In this document: piece after piece, positions 1-12,413 of the stretch | Layout: each line of letters opens with the position of its first letter | Numbering within the stretch: the stretch's first letter is position 1 | Origin: the human T2T-CHM13v2.0 reference genome, Homo sapiens | Assembly: GCF_009914755.1 (NCBI RefSeq) | Contig: NC_060925.1 | Direction: 5' to 3' (one strand) | DNA: 64,000 nt | Notes under the pieces: model-generated | What the model was told of the DNA's origin: nothing | Seen by the model: the letters and a program-made list of their open reading frames with translations, nothing else | Database searches by the model: none | Program-made: the position numbers and the translations under genes

Positions 1-384
1 AGGAAGGCTGGTAGATGGGGCTCAGGTGTCCAGGGAAAGAACAGCAGGGTCAGGCAAAGAAGTATCCCAAGGATGGCCCAGTGTCTTCTGGTGGTGCTGG
101 TGACGAAGCTCAGGCATGCCTTGGCCATTGCCCAGATCCTCAGGGAAAGAACTGCCCACAATGTAGGGTCCACTGTGGGAACAGAAACTTGCCTATTCCC
201 AGTGGAAGGTAAATGGAATAGAAGTGGGGACCAGTCAGAATTGAAAGAGAAAAGGGACCAAGAAAACTCAGAGAGAACAGGGAGCAGCGAGGACAGGAGC
301 AGCTGATTTATTGGATGAGAATGAAAGCAAAGGTCAGGGATTTGTCCTTCAAAGTTCTGAGCCTCTGCCTTACTTTACCCACAG

Positions 385-2500
385 GAGGTGGAAACTTCAA
401 GTGCTGGATTTGCGGGATGTTGATGAGAATTTCTGGGCCATATGGTCTGAATCCAGGGCCCTGTCCTCCTCCCCAGAGGCCATGAGTAAGAGGCAGACAG
501 CAGAGGACTGTCCAAGGATGGGAGAGCACCAGCCCTTGAAGGTGTTCATAGACATCTGCCTCAAGGAAATACCCCAGGATGAATGCCTGAGATACCTCTT
601 CCGGTGGGTTTACCAAAGGAGAGGTTTAGTACACCTGTGCTGTAGTAAGTTGGTGAATTATCTAACGTCGATTGAATATCTCAGAAGATCATTGAAAATA
701 ATCCACCTGAATAGTATTCAGGAGCTGGAAATTTGCTATGTGTCCTGGCCACATCTGATAAGAAAGCTTCATTGTTACCTGAAGGAGATGAAGAATCTTC
801 GCAAACTCATTTTTCTCCAGGTGCCATCCTTACACGTCAATTACCGCGAGGAATGCTCAGTCGCCAAAATCAGCTCTATGTTCCTCAGGCTGAAACACCT
901 CCAGCTGCTTAAAATGAATATGGTCACCTTCCACAGAGGGCACCTGGGACAGCTGATCAGGTGAGAAAGGATCGTGCCCTTTCTCTGCAGACCACAGCGC
1001 AGCCTTTTTTTTTTGTTACAGTAAACACTAGAAGACGTGTACTGTGTGCCAGCCAGTGGCGACGGCACAGTGCAGGGAACACCAGAATGTCAACACATTG
1101 TCCCGTTCAGTGCTCCATGTCCTGGAGTGGCTATCACAGGATCACTTCAATAAAGGCAGAGGGGTCACCTAGGGTAGAGGCTAGAGAGGGACATCATGTA
1201 CAAGGTACTTAGTGGGCGTTTTGTCTCTACTGCATGTGCACGTGTGAATTTCTTGTTACAAAGTGTGTTTCAAGTTGATATGATGTAAAAGAGGTAACAA
1301 AGGAGGGTATGAAAGGAGGGACAGTGCATCAAACTTGTGCATTTCACAGTAGAAGCTCTGTCCTCACCAGCTTAGTGATCATGAATGATCCTGTCTCTGA
1401 TTCCCTGTCTGTAGAAGGTTGTTTTGAACTCCAGGAAAGTCAATTGACATGGGACATGCATGCTTCTGGGATGGAGGGTGAAGGAGTAGGAGTGAGAGTG
1501 GTAAAAAGTGACAGTTGGTTTGCAGATGCAGGCAGGCCAGGGAGCCCCTGCCGGCAGGTAGCCCCAGCTAATGTCCCTAGACCTTGCTGAGTTGAGTTCT
1601 TTGTGCACATCTCCCACCGGGTACCTGTGGCCCAGAGATGAGGTTTTCTGCTAAAAGATGAAGATAAAAGGCTTTAGAGATTTTGTGGCCTTGACCCAAT
1701 CACACAAGAAATGGTGAAAGGGCTGAGGCTAAAATGGGACAGCCCCTGAATGATCAGGGTCCTCAACATGCAGCAACTTGCATGAGGACCATCATCAGAT
1801 GGTGGGAACAAACTTGTGTTTGGTTGAAGCAGGTATTTTCCTTGAGTTCATTCCCCACTACCTTCATCTAACTGGTACCATTGCCCAGAACTAACTTCTT
1901 GATCTCCACAGGTGCCTCTAGAACCCCTTGGAGAACTTGGAATTAACTTGCGGCTACCTATTGGAAGAGGACTTGAAGTGTCTCTACCAGTACCCAAGCC
2001 TCGCTTACCCAAAGCATCTGAATCTCAGCTACATGCTGCAGTTCTGTATCAGTCTTGAACCCCTCGGAGCTCTGCTGGAGAAAGTTTCTGCCAACACGAG
2101 GGTCTCGAGAGAGGCAGCAATTACTCTTAAGACCCTCATCTCGGAGGGCTGTCAGATCCACTACTCCCAACTCAGTGCCATCCTGCCTGGCCTGAGCCGC
2201 TGCTCCCAGCTCACCACCTTCTACTTTGGCAGAAATTGCATGTCTATGGAAGCCCTGAAGGACCTGCTGTGCCACACCAGTGGGCTGAGCAAGTTAAGCC
2301 TGGAGATGTATCCTGCCCCCGAGGAGAGTTTGAATTCCTTGGTTCATGTCGATTGGGAGATCTTCACCCCACTTCGGGCTTAGTTGATGTGTACACTAAG
2401 GGAAGTCAGGCAGCCCAAGAGGATCTTCATTGGCCCCGCCCCCTGCCCGTCCTGTGGCTCATCACCGTCTGAGGAACTGGAGCTCCATCTTTGCTGCTAG
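385..2500 (+). pseudogene. PRAMEF1/PRAMEF2-class pseudogene, exon 3 (385-960) and exon 4 (1912-2500); the 5' part lies upstream of the window
   Basis: Acceptor CCCACAG|GAGG at 384/385, donor CAG|GTGAG at 960/961, acceptor CCACAG|G at 1911/1912. Translation [17 protein letters not shown]...HLGQLIR then C-L-*-NPLENLELT...ELHLCC*. Premature TAGs at 1919-1921 and 2381-2383; ancestral stop at 2498-2500. Confidence 0.9.
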
Positions 2501-3529
2501 GGAAGGCGTGCCTAGCGGGGTAGAGAAATCCAATGTTCTCTTCTAGGCCCTTGGACACTAAAATCTAGTATGTAGGTGCAAGTTATTTTCCTCTTTTCTT
2601 ATTTCCTTTTTTAATAATTCCAATATTTTTATTACAAAAAAATTGAGAAAGTGTTTCACTATGTTGCCCCAGCAGGTCTCAAACTGCTGGTCGCATGGGA
2701 TTCTCCTGCCTCGGCCTTCTAAAGTGCTGGGATTACAGGCATGAGCGACTGTGCCCAGGCCACATGTGCAACTTAAAGGAAGCACAGAGCTCTGTTTCAG
2801 ACAGGTGCTCAGTGCGAGGGAAAAAATCCTAAGAGCAGGGGGCAAGACTTGAGGAAAATATTGAGGTGGAGTCAATGAGAGCTACAGAGTCAGAAAGAGA
2901 AACTAAAATTCTTCAGTGATGAGAATGTTATCCCTGCAAGGATGATTACCAAGAAATATCAGAAATAGAGAACCTCAGTGAAAACCTTCTGGTGTCCTCT
3001 GTAATAGATTTACTTGTTTTAGGGATTTATACATCAGAAATCTCTAGTTATTGAGTTACTGATGGAAAAATAACGAGGCACTAGTTTGTCTGTGATTGAG
3101 GTTCAGCTGCGGAACATCATAGCAGCCAAATAAAATTAGACCATTTTGAGTAATTCCCACCCATTCTTGTTCTTTTATTTCATTATTTATTTTTTTATTT
3201 TTGGAGACAAAAATATTGCTTTGTCATTCAGGCTGGAGTGTAGTGGTGCAATCTGGGATCACTGGAATCCTTTCCTGTGGGGCTCAAGTGATTCTCGTGC
3301 CTCAACCACTCAAGTAGCTGGGAGTACAGGCACGTGCCACCAAGCCTGCTAATTTTTGTATTTTTCGTAGAGACAGGGTTTTACCCTGTTCACCAGGCTG
3401 GTCTTGAGTTCCTGGCTTTGAGTGATCCGCCAACCTTGGCCTCCCAAAGTGCTGGGATTACAGGTGTGCGAATGGTCTGCACCCATCCTTTACTTCTCTT
3501 TAGTCATCTGTTTTTTCATACTTTTTCGA

Positions 3530-4640
3530 CTGTGGGGAGCAGCTCGGTCGGGCACAAAGGCACAGGCAGAAAGAGGCCATGAGGAGAAGATGGGCTTGGG
3601 GTGGTGCCGTGCTTGCACATGAAGTGTGGTTGTCAGGTTCCAAAGGCAGAGCTGGGGCCATGCTCCAGGGCCCCGAGTTGGGAAGCAGAAATGGCACCAA
3701 GTTCAATGACCTGGCCAGCTATGCATCAACTGTGTGCCCACCCTGCTAATAGTATCAAGTTCCTAGGTCTAAAAAGGAGTTCTGTGTGAATCTTCCTGAG
3801 GCTGCATTTCCAAGATCTGCCCCCAAGAGGGGTGAACACAGAGCCTGATGCTTCCGATTGCTGGGCCTGTGGACCACGATCCACTCCTAAAGGCACCACC
3901 TCTTGGCTGGGTTGTCAGCCAGGCCTGTGCCCCATGTCCCTGAGGCAGCCAACTGTGCCACCCATACCCTCTCACGGCTAAACGGGACTTGCCCCTAGGT
4001 CCGCAGTCTCCACCACAGCCTCGACCTCACTCCCCACTTTGTGCTGTTAGCCTGCAAACTCCTGGATCAGAGCGCAGTTGGGGCTCATTAAACCGGACCC
4101 AGGAGCTTCAGATTTGTTTCTGTGGGGTTGACCAGAGCTGCTGTGAACCTGCATCTCACCTGTCACCTCTGCACGGAAACAGAGAGAGGGCAAAGCTGAG
4201 GCTGTGCACACTTTGGAGCTGATGGGATCCTGGGACAAGAGGGAGTCCTGGTCCTCCCAAGTCGGCAGGGCCGTAGCTCCAAAGGCACAACTGAAGCTGC
4301 CCAGGTTGCAGTTACCAAACAAGGTCCCCTAGTGCTCTCGAGGGCCCAGGAGGTCCCCCCTTCCCCATTCTATTGCTCAATAAAGGTCCTCTTTATCTTG
4401 CTCACTCTCCACTTGTCTGCATATTTCATTCTTCCTGGTTGCAGGACAAGACCCGCCTAATGGTGGGGCTAAAAGCAGTAACACAAACAAAGCTGAAACA
4501 TGCCCCTTGCTCACCAAGTTGTAGGTGAAGAGAAAAAGAGAAGAGCTACTACTCTTTTCAGGAGCCCAGACGTGGGAGCTTCCTGAGCCAGGGCTGTGAT
4601 TCCCTTTTTGTGGTTCTGCAGTTCCCAGCACTTCCAAGAA
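3530..4640 (+). mobile_element. MER52-family (ERV1) LTR, diverged
   Basis: GC-rich body followed by CTCAATAAAG-TCCTCTTTATCTTGCTCACTCTCCACTTGTCTGC...GCAGGACAAGA...GGGGCTAAAAG, which resembles the MER52 3' region (from recall). Boundaries approximate. Confidence 0.65.
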
Positions 4641-4659
4641 GGCCCATAATGGCAGTTAA

Positions 4660-6040
4660 TGCTATAAAGGGGAGGTAGAGGAACCTGTGGAAGGAAAAAA
4701 AAAAATGGTGGGGCTGAGATGGAGGGCCTGGGTCCACCCACAGACGAAAGTCCCTTCCTAGCAGACCCTGCACTGGGCCCCAGGGATCCTGGCGTCCCTG
4801 GTTCACACCCACGCTGCATATCGCACCTATGGGGGGCACCCCAAAGCTTCTAGCAAGCCCAGAAAGGAAGACAAGACGTGAAAGGGGAGGTAGAGGCACC
4901 TGTGGAGGAAAAAAATGGGCACCGTAGAGGAGGGGTGCTTGGGTCCCCCCACAGAAGAATGTGCCTTCCCAGCAGCCCCTACGGAGTCCCCGGGATTTCT
5001 GGCATCCCTGGATCACACCCACGTTGCCTGTCATGGTGGTGGGGGCACCCGGAAGGGGCAAGAAAGCCCAGAAGGGAAGATAAGGTTTGAAAGGGGAGGT
5101 AGAGGCACCTGTGGAAGGAAAAAAATGGCGCAGTCGAGAAGGGGGGCCTGGGTCAACCCACGGATGAAAGTGCCCTCCCAGCAGACCCTGCACAGGGCCC
5201 GGGGGATCCTGGCATCCCTGGTTCACACCCACAGTGCGTGTTGCACCTGCGGGAGGCACCCCAAAGCATCAAGAAGGCCCAGAATGGAAGAGAAGGCTTG
5301 AAGCTTAAAGTAGAAGCACCTGTGGAAGGAATAAAAAACGGCACGGCAGAGGAGGTGGGCATGGGTCCCCCCATGGATGAAAGTGACTTCCCAGCAGCTC
5401 CTGAGCTTGGTCCTGGGGATACTGGTGTCCCTGGTTCGCCCCAACGATGCCTGTCCCTCCCACTGGGGGGAAACCCAAAGCAGCAACAGGCACTAGTGGA
5501 AGGTAAAAAATACGTGCGGCAGAGGAGGGGGGCCTGTGTCCCCACATGGACTAAAGTGCCTTCCCAGCAGCACTTGCACAGGGCTCCGGGGTTAGTTCCA
5601 TCCCTGATTCACACCCAAGGTGCATGTCACACCCATGGGGGGCACCCCAAAGTGGTAAGAAGTCCCAGGATGGAAGATAAGGCTAGAAAGGGGAGGTAGA
5701 GACACCTGTGGAAGAAAAAAAATGGCGAGGCAGAGAAGGGGTGCCTGGGTCCCCCCACAGATGAAAGTGCCCTCCCAGCAGACCCTGCACAGGGCCCTGG
5801 TGATCCTGGCGTCCCTGGTGCTCACCCACGGTGCATGTCACACTCGCGGTTTTACCCCAATGGGGCAAGAAGGCCCAGAAAGGATGATAAGGCTTGAAAG
5901 GGGAGGTAGAGGCACCTGTGGAAGGAAAAAAAAAAGGGAACAGCGGAGGTTCAGGCCGGGGTACCTCCTTGGACAAAAGTGCCTTCCCAGCAGCCCCTGG
6001 GTGGGGCCCCGTGGATCCTGACATCCCTGGTTCGCCCCCT
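4660..6040 (+). repeat. GC-rich tandem array, ~210-bp unit, ~6.5 diverged copies
   Basis: Anchor AAGGGGAGGTAGAGGCACCTGTGGAAG-A(n) recurs at ~4667, 4882, 5091, ~5302, ~5485, 5688 and 5898. Internal GAAAGTGCC(C/T)TCCCAGCAG and GATCCTGGC(G/A)TCCCTGG also recur. Confidence 0.9.
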
Positions 6041-6066
6041 TGGTAAGTGTCAATGACCTCATGGTA

Positions 6067-6074
<8 letters not shown>

Positions 6075-6128
<54 letters not shown>
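6075..6128. repeat. (TA)27 microsatellite flanked by short (TG)n
   Basis: Uninterrupted TA run read directly. Confidence 0.97.
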
Positions 6129-6131
<3 letters not shown>

Positions 6132-7069
6132 GTGTGTGGTGTGAGCACCTAGAAAGTGACAACTCTCCAGGACAGAGCTGGCCTCACAGATTAACATGGT
6201 CTTTCACTTGGCAGGGAAAAGTAAAACGCCTCGTGTCCCTGGCTGGGCAACCCCCTCAGGAGTCCAGCAAGAAGACATGGGATCTGTGGACAGGAGGCTA
6301 CTGGGCGAAACCTCTCATTGAGGATTATGTTAAAATTTGCACTTGAGACGCTGAGTGCCCTATGTCCTTCCCACTCACCAAAGAACCCCAGCTGAGCCAG
6401 CCCTGACTCCCAGACACAAGAGCCCAGGGAGAAGCTGGGAGAGAGGGAGACCCGCTGTGACCTCAGGGCATGGAAGGAGCCCTGACCTTTTTCTCCATGA
6501 TGCCTTCCCCACTCCCAAGTGCCTCTGGCCTGAAGCTTCCAGGGACCCCTGCATTCCATCCATGCCCTCCTCTGCTCCCTCCAACCCAGCCTTTTCTAAA
6601 GCCCCATGCATTTGTCTCCATGAGAGTGCCCCAGTCTCAGGCGCTCACAGTGCCTCAGAAGCTCGGGGTCCCTGTGCCTGCCTGGAGGCAGTCTCACTCT
6701 ATGTGGCCCCATGTGTGTTCTTGGATTTCTTTCTACACAAGGTCACCTGTAGGTGTACAGTAGACACATCACTTGTAGAAGAGCCAATGGGGATGGGTGA
6801 GGACCAGGAACCCTCTCAGGCACACACATGGAAAGAGAGAGAAGTGTTCCTGGAAGCACAGGCCTGGGGGTGGGTGCTAGCCCCCTGTGTCTCCTCTAAT
6901 CAAAGAGGTCAGCGACTTTGGCCACAGAATACACACCCACTTCCCATGGGTTCACATCCAAAGAACAAACTCCTTCAGACTCCCTGGTCCATGCACTCGA
7001 GATCCCCAGGGTGTCTTGAGTTTTTATCCCAGAAGGAGAGAGAAACAAGCTTTCATCAGCTAAACAAGA

Positions 7070-7160
7070 CCACTACTAATACTAATGTAGGTATTGACAC
7101 TAATACTAGTACTACTACTAATACAAGTGCTAACACTACCAAAAGTACTGTACTAATATG
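7070..7160 (+). repeat. Degenerate (ACT/AAT)n low-complexity tract
   Basis: cactactaatactaat...actactactaatac...tactaat. Confidence 0.7.
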
Positions 7161-10100
7161 AATATCAACAGGGATTTTTTTTTCTAGCTGCTCAAGGAAA
7201 TGTGTGGAGTCATCCCCTATTTTCTTTTTATTGGAGCCACTGTGTCAGTGGCGACAGTGGTTAGGAGCCTCCTTTGGGTAAAAACGAGGTAACTTCAGCC
7301 CCTGCTTGCTCCACTGTCTGCCTCTCCAGGGCCTCTGTGTCCTGCTGCAGAGTCTAGCCTGTTCTTCACAGGCACACATTCCTTATGGCACAGAGACACA
7401 CCAATAAAAAAAGTCCTGAGAGAAAGGAAGGAATGGCACCTGCAAGAGACCTCACACTGATGGACCTCAGAGATATTCGTGGCCTGAGGAACACAGAGGA
7501 GAATGTGTGGGGAGCAGATCCCCACTGAGAAAGAAGCAGGACAGCTGGGCGCAGTGGCTCACACCTGTAATCCCAGGACTTTGGGAGGCTGAGGCATGTG
7601 GATCATGAGGTTAGGAATTTGAGACCAGCCTGGCCAATATGGTGAAACCTCATCTCTAGTAAAAATAGAAGAATTAGCTGGGTGTGGTGTTGTGCCTGTA
7701 GTCCCAGCTACTTGGGAGGCTGAGGCAGGAGAATTGCTTGAACTGAGGAAGCAGAGGTTTCAGTGAACAATAGGAAAACAGTATTACAAGGAAAACTACT
7801 AGTCCTAAGATTTCTAACTATGTTTATTTGCTTGATGAGTCCTCAAGCTTCGGCCGTGCGTAGACTAGTCAGCTTCCAGTGTGTGACTAGAGCAGGGCTT
7901 GTTGTCTCCTCAACCTTCAGCTGTACGTAGACTGGTCAGCTTCTGGAGTGACCAGAGCAGGGCAGTCATCTTTAGCATCAGCTTGGTCTCATCTCAGGAT
8001 CAGCTGTGTCTCATCTCAGGATCAGGTGGGTGATCTGGGTCCTGCTGGCTGGTCCACTTGTCCTGAGCTTCGGTTTCAGCCAGCTGTGGTGGATCCAAGG
8101 CACAACACCTGCAACTTTAACAGCAGAGGGAGTACACAAGATTACAGTATAGGGCTGGGTGTGTTGGCTCATGCCTGTAATCCCAGCACTTTCAGAGCCC
8201 GAGGCGGGTGGATCACGAGGTTGGGAGATGGAGAGCATCCTGGCTAACACGGTGAAACCTCATCTCTATTAAAAAAAAAAATACAAAAATTACCCACGCA
8301 TGGTGGCGGGCACCTGTAGTCCCAGCTACCTGGGAGGCTGAGGCAAGAGAATGGTGCGACCCCCAGGAGGCAGAGCTTGCAGTGAGCTGAGATCATACCA
8401 CTGCACTCCAGCCTGGGGGACAGAGCAAGACTCTGCATCAACAAAAAAAAAAAAAAAAAAAAGGTTACAGTATAGGGCCCATCCCATATGGGTCCTAGAG
8501 AATTTAATTCAACTTTTTAACTCAGAGTCACTAGGTTTAAAGGGGTGTGTCTGGTCTGTCAGGCTTACAGGCATTCTTTCCTGTACCCACCCATGGACAC
8601 TTTGCAAGTCTGTCCCTAATGCCTGCATTTGCTTTCTTAAGGTTAATTCTCTTAGTTCAAGGAGATAACCTTTAATTTGACTTATGACTGGGGGAGGCTG
8701 ACTGAACAAAATCTCATAGGGCAAATACCCAGTTTGTTTGGTGAGGGTGCACCTGACTCAGAGGAGGACCATAGGCAAGACCTGATCCCATCTCAGATAG
8801 GTTTCCTGGAAATATTTCTTCAGAAGCTCCTTGAGTGTCTGGTTCATGCATTCCACTTTTTCTGAACTTTGCGGCTGATAGGCTGTGTGTAACTTCCATT
8901 TTATTTTTAACAGTCTTGTTAAATCTTGCACTATTTCAGCTACAAATGCCGTGCAATTAACGGACCCTAAAGTTAGAGGCAGTCCAAGCATGGGGATGAT
9001 GTCTCTTAGCAGTACTTTAGTCACTTCTCATGCTTTTTCTGTTCTGGTGGGGAAAGCTTCAACCCATCCTGAAAAGGTGTAAATAAGCACCAGCATATAC
9101 TGATAGCCTCCGGCATGGGGTAGTTTGGTAAAGTCTACAAGAAAGTTTTCACAAGGCATGGTTCCTACTTCCTGAATTCTTGGGGGTTGAGTGGGCCCCT
9201 GTCACGGGTTGTTCTGAGCACAGGTTAAACATTGTTTACAAACAGCTCAAATGATGGCCACGGCACATAGAAACAGCATTTCAGTAATGTTTCCAGTGCC
9301 ATTTTTTCCCATATGAGTTCCTAGATAAATTTGCTTCAGAAACGTAGGAGCTAACATTTCTGGAATGGCTAATGTCCCATTGAAGAATTTCCACCACCCT
9401 CCTTTAATATATTTTCCAGCTTCTTGAGCAAACCAGGCTCTTTCATTTGGAGTAGAACTTGGATCTTCTTGGAGAGGAGCTTCTGGGAGGAGAAGCATAG
9501 CTAAGGCTTCCTCTTTAAAATGTGATGCAATCATTGCTCCCCTCTTTGCCTCTCTGTCTGCCTTTCTGTTTCTTTTGGTTTTTGGTGTCCCTGACTTTTG
9601 GTGCCATCTGCAGTGCATTAAAGCTACTTTTCCTGGAGGCCATACAGCCTCTAAGAGCTGTAGAATCTCTTCTTTGTACTTGATTTCTTTGCCTCCAGCT
9701 GTTAAAAGCCCTTTCTCTTTGTCTATAACTTCATGTACATGCAATGTAGTAAAAGCATACTTAGAATCAGTGTAAATATTGACCTTCTTCTCTTTTGCTA
9801 GAAACAGTGCTCTTGTCAGGGCTATTAATTCTGCCTTTTGAGCTCATGTTCCAGTAGGCAGAGGCAGAGCATCTACTACTAAGTCCAATGTTATTACTGC
9901 ATACCTGGCATCTTGAACCCCTTCTAGCACAAAACTACTTCCATCTGTGAAGTATTCAAAATCCGGGTCTCTGAGGTCTGTCTGCAAGATCTTTCCGACT
10001 GGAGAACACCTCATCTACTGTTGCAACACAGTCATGGAGGGGAGCCCCCGGTTAGACTGGGAGCAGAGGAGCCAGGTTTAAGGTGTTCACTGTTTCTAAA

Positions 10101-10601
10101 ATAATGTAAGGGTTCTCACAAGGAAGACCTGAGTCATTTTTGGGTTTGATAACCAAAGATGCCCTCTTTGGTCCATCAAAGTTATAACTGAGTGTGGCAC
10201 CCGCACAGTTAGCTGCTGTCCCAGAGTTAATTTGCTAGCTTCTTGTGTTAACAAGATGGTGGCAGCTAATGCCTTAAGGCAAGGAGACCATCCTAGCACC
10301 ACAGAGTCCAGTTGTTTGTATAAATACGCCACTGGGCAATGCCATGATGCTATAATTTGAGTCAGAACCCCTATAACCATTCCTTTTCATTCATGAATAC
10401 ATAGAAAGAGAGGCTTAATTATATCTGGTAGTCCTAAGGTTGGGCCTGACCTAAAGCTTCCTTGAGCTGTTTGAATGCTATTTCCTGATTAGTTTCCCAA
10501 AGGAGGGGCTCTTTTTCTCCGATTTTGTGGCTTCATATAATGTCTTAGCCATCACTGAAAAATTTGGAATCCAGATGTGGCAGAATCCTGCTGCCCCTAA
10601 A

Positions 10602-10711
10602 GGAAGGGGGCCAGCCCCTCCACACCTGTGGGTATACCTCATCAAGTGGGGTGAGAGACTGAGAAAAGAAATAAGACACAGAGACAAAGTGTAGAGAGAG
10701 AACAGCGGGCT
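10602..10711 (-). mobile_element. ERVK-type (MER11/LTR5-like) LTR 3'-end fragment at the gag/pol deletion junction
   Basis: Minus strand CTTTGTCTCTGTGTCTTATTTCTTTTCTCAGTCTCTC...CCCACAGGTGTGGAGGGGCTGGCCCCCTTC is typical of HML LTR U5 ends. Confidence 0.8.
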
Positions 10712-12391
10712 TCTAGCCAGCAGAGAGTTGCCTGTGTTACTCTCCGACACTCCTCAGTGTTAAACAGTGGGAGAAAAAACTGCCTGCAGTCTGGCCAGGT
10801 TGGATTGTGTGTCAGAAAGATGGATTGCATCAGATCTATAAGAGCTTGGGGCTTTGCCATATAGGAGGGAGTATGGTGTTTCCAGTTCAAGAGATCAATG
10901 GTTGAAAAGGGATGATAGATGAAAGTCCATTCCCCCCACCTGACTTGGCCTTGGTCATCATAATAAATGGGTCCTCCCATCTCCCTGAGATGCATTTGCA
11001 TAACTCAAGCATGGCTAGATCTGAGATGGCCGGCTTAACCATCTTGACTTCCTTCCCTGGCCTCTCAAGCCTCTGATCCTTCCTTTGGGGTGAGACTTTG
11101 GGTGTGCTAGCTCCTGAATCTGGTTCCTGGGGGACTGTTGGCCTCGGTAAAGAAGGCTAGGCTGGGACATATGGAGTAGGAATCTCTATTCCCTCTGGTG
11201 GATCCTGCAAAACTGGCTTTTTTGCTCCCTCTGGGACTTTGCCTTTAACTCTGTGTCTGCCGGTGAAGCTGTTCTTACTTTCATTTTTGGCACGGCTCTG
11301 GCCACAAGTGTTTTGCACTAACTGGCTAAACAGAGCTGGACCATGCTGGTCTTGTCTGTGCTATATTTAACCATAAGTCAATATAAGGAAATTGATCTGG
11401 GTGCCCAGGCTGTCCTCCAACCCCTGTCACCACCTTAAATACACGGTCAATTATTTCCCTATCTATAGTTCCTTTGGTTGGCCATCCAACACCAAAAGAA
11501 GGCCATTTGAATTCACAGAGAGTTCTCAACCTCTAGGAGGTTAGCGTAACTCCATAATCTCCTGCAAAACCTTTATTAAAGTTCTCTAACATGCACCCAA
11601 TGGAGTGTGTTTTGATGACTTTCCTCCTATTTCCTCGCTTTACGATGCAGCACACCCACTCTTCCTTTTGCCTCAGACCCACCAGATCATCTCCTATTAT
11701 GGGAGTTTTCAGATGCCACTTGGCTTAAGAAAGGGTTTTATTCCCACCATAACTCTGAGATGTGGGGCAGCTCCTATTAGCTGTATGCGGTTCGCCACTA
11801 GTGCAGGTTGGCCCCGCACTTGGCTTGGAGCACACAGACCATGCTAAGAGATCTGTGACTCCCCATGCCACTCCCACATTGGTTCCTCCCTGAACTGTAT
11901 CTTTCACACACTTTCACACACCTCCCCACTCCCAGTTCGTGTGTTCCTAATTGGGGTTTGAGCCACTCTCACCACCTCCAGTTTTCTTTTCCTAACCGAC
12001 TTGGGGAGCCACTCTTGCATTGTGTGCCAGGTAGGGTGTGAGATTCATCTGAATTGGCGAGCCTCTCTCACCACCTCCAGCCTCTCTGGGTCAGATTACT
12101 AGTTACACCCTTGGAGGTGATCAGGCTCCCCTTCCGTCCTTATGGGACGGATCCTGTCTTTGGTCCCAAAACTTTACTGCAGTCCTGAAGAAATCACACT
12201 GCTCCTGGAATCATCCTGTAGCCCCTCAGGTTCTGTTGTGCTGCTGGGTGGGGGCACCAGGTCACAGGAGAGCCGATCTCCCCTCTGGGCTGAAGTTCTT
12301 CCAGCAGCGCCTGGGGTCACAGGTTTCTTTCCCTTGACCCTGGGCTCCAGCCCCACAAGAAAAGGAGAAAGTAAACCTGTCATCTCCACTC

Positions 12392-12409
12392 CTCCTGTCT
12401 GGCTCACCA
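12392..12409 (-). promoter_or_regulatory. Primer-binding site for tRNA-Arg
   Basis: Minus strand TGGTGAGCCAGACAGGAG, 4 nt after the LTR end; 16/18 match to the Arg-tRNA PBS TGGCGAGCCAGCCAGGAG. Confidence 0.8.
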
Positions 12410-12413
12410 AAAA

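Noticed and set aside
4820-5650. CTCF-like CC-NNN-GGGGGGCAC motifs in the array
   Set aside because: Several mismatches at core positions; cannot be supported without a PWM scan or ChIP
4511-6197. Many overlapping ORFs, and a CRISPR-like reading of the array
   Set aside because: Whole units are homologous with no unique spacers and no cas genes in eukaryotic DNA; the ORFs reflect stop-poor GC-rich repeats
6355-7161. 268-aa ORF
   Set aside because: GTG start, low-complexity tail, no recognisable domain; probably a chance ORF in GC-rich sequence
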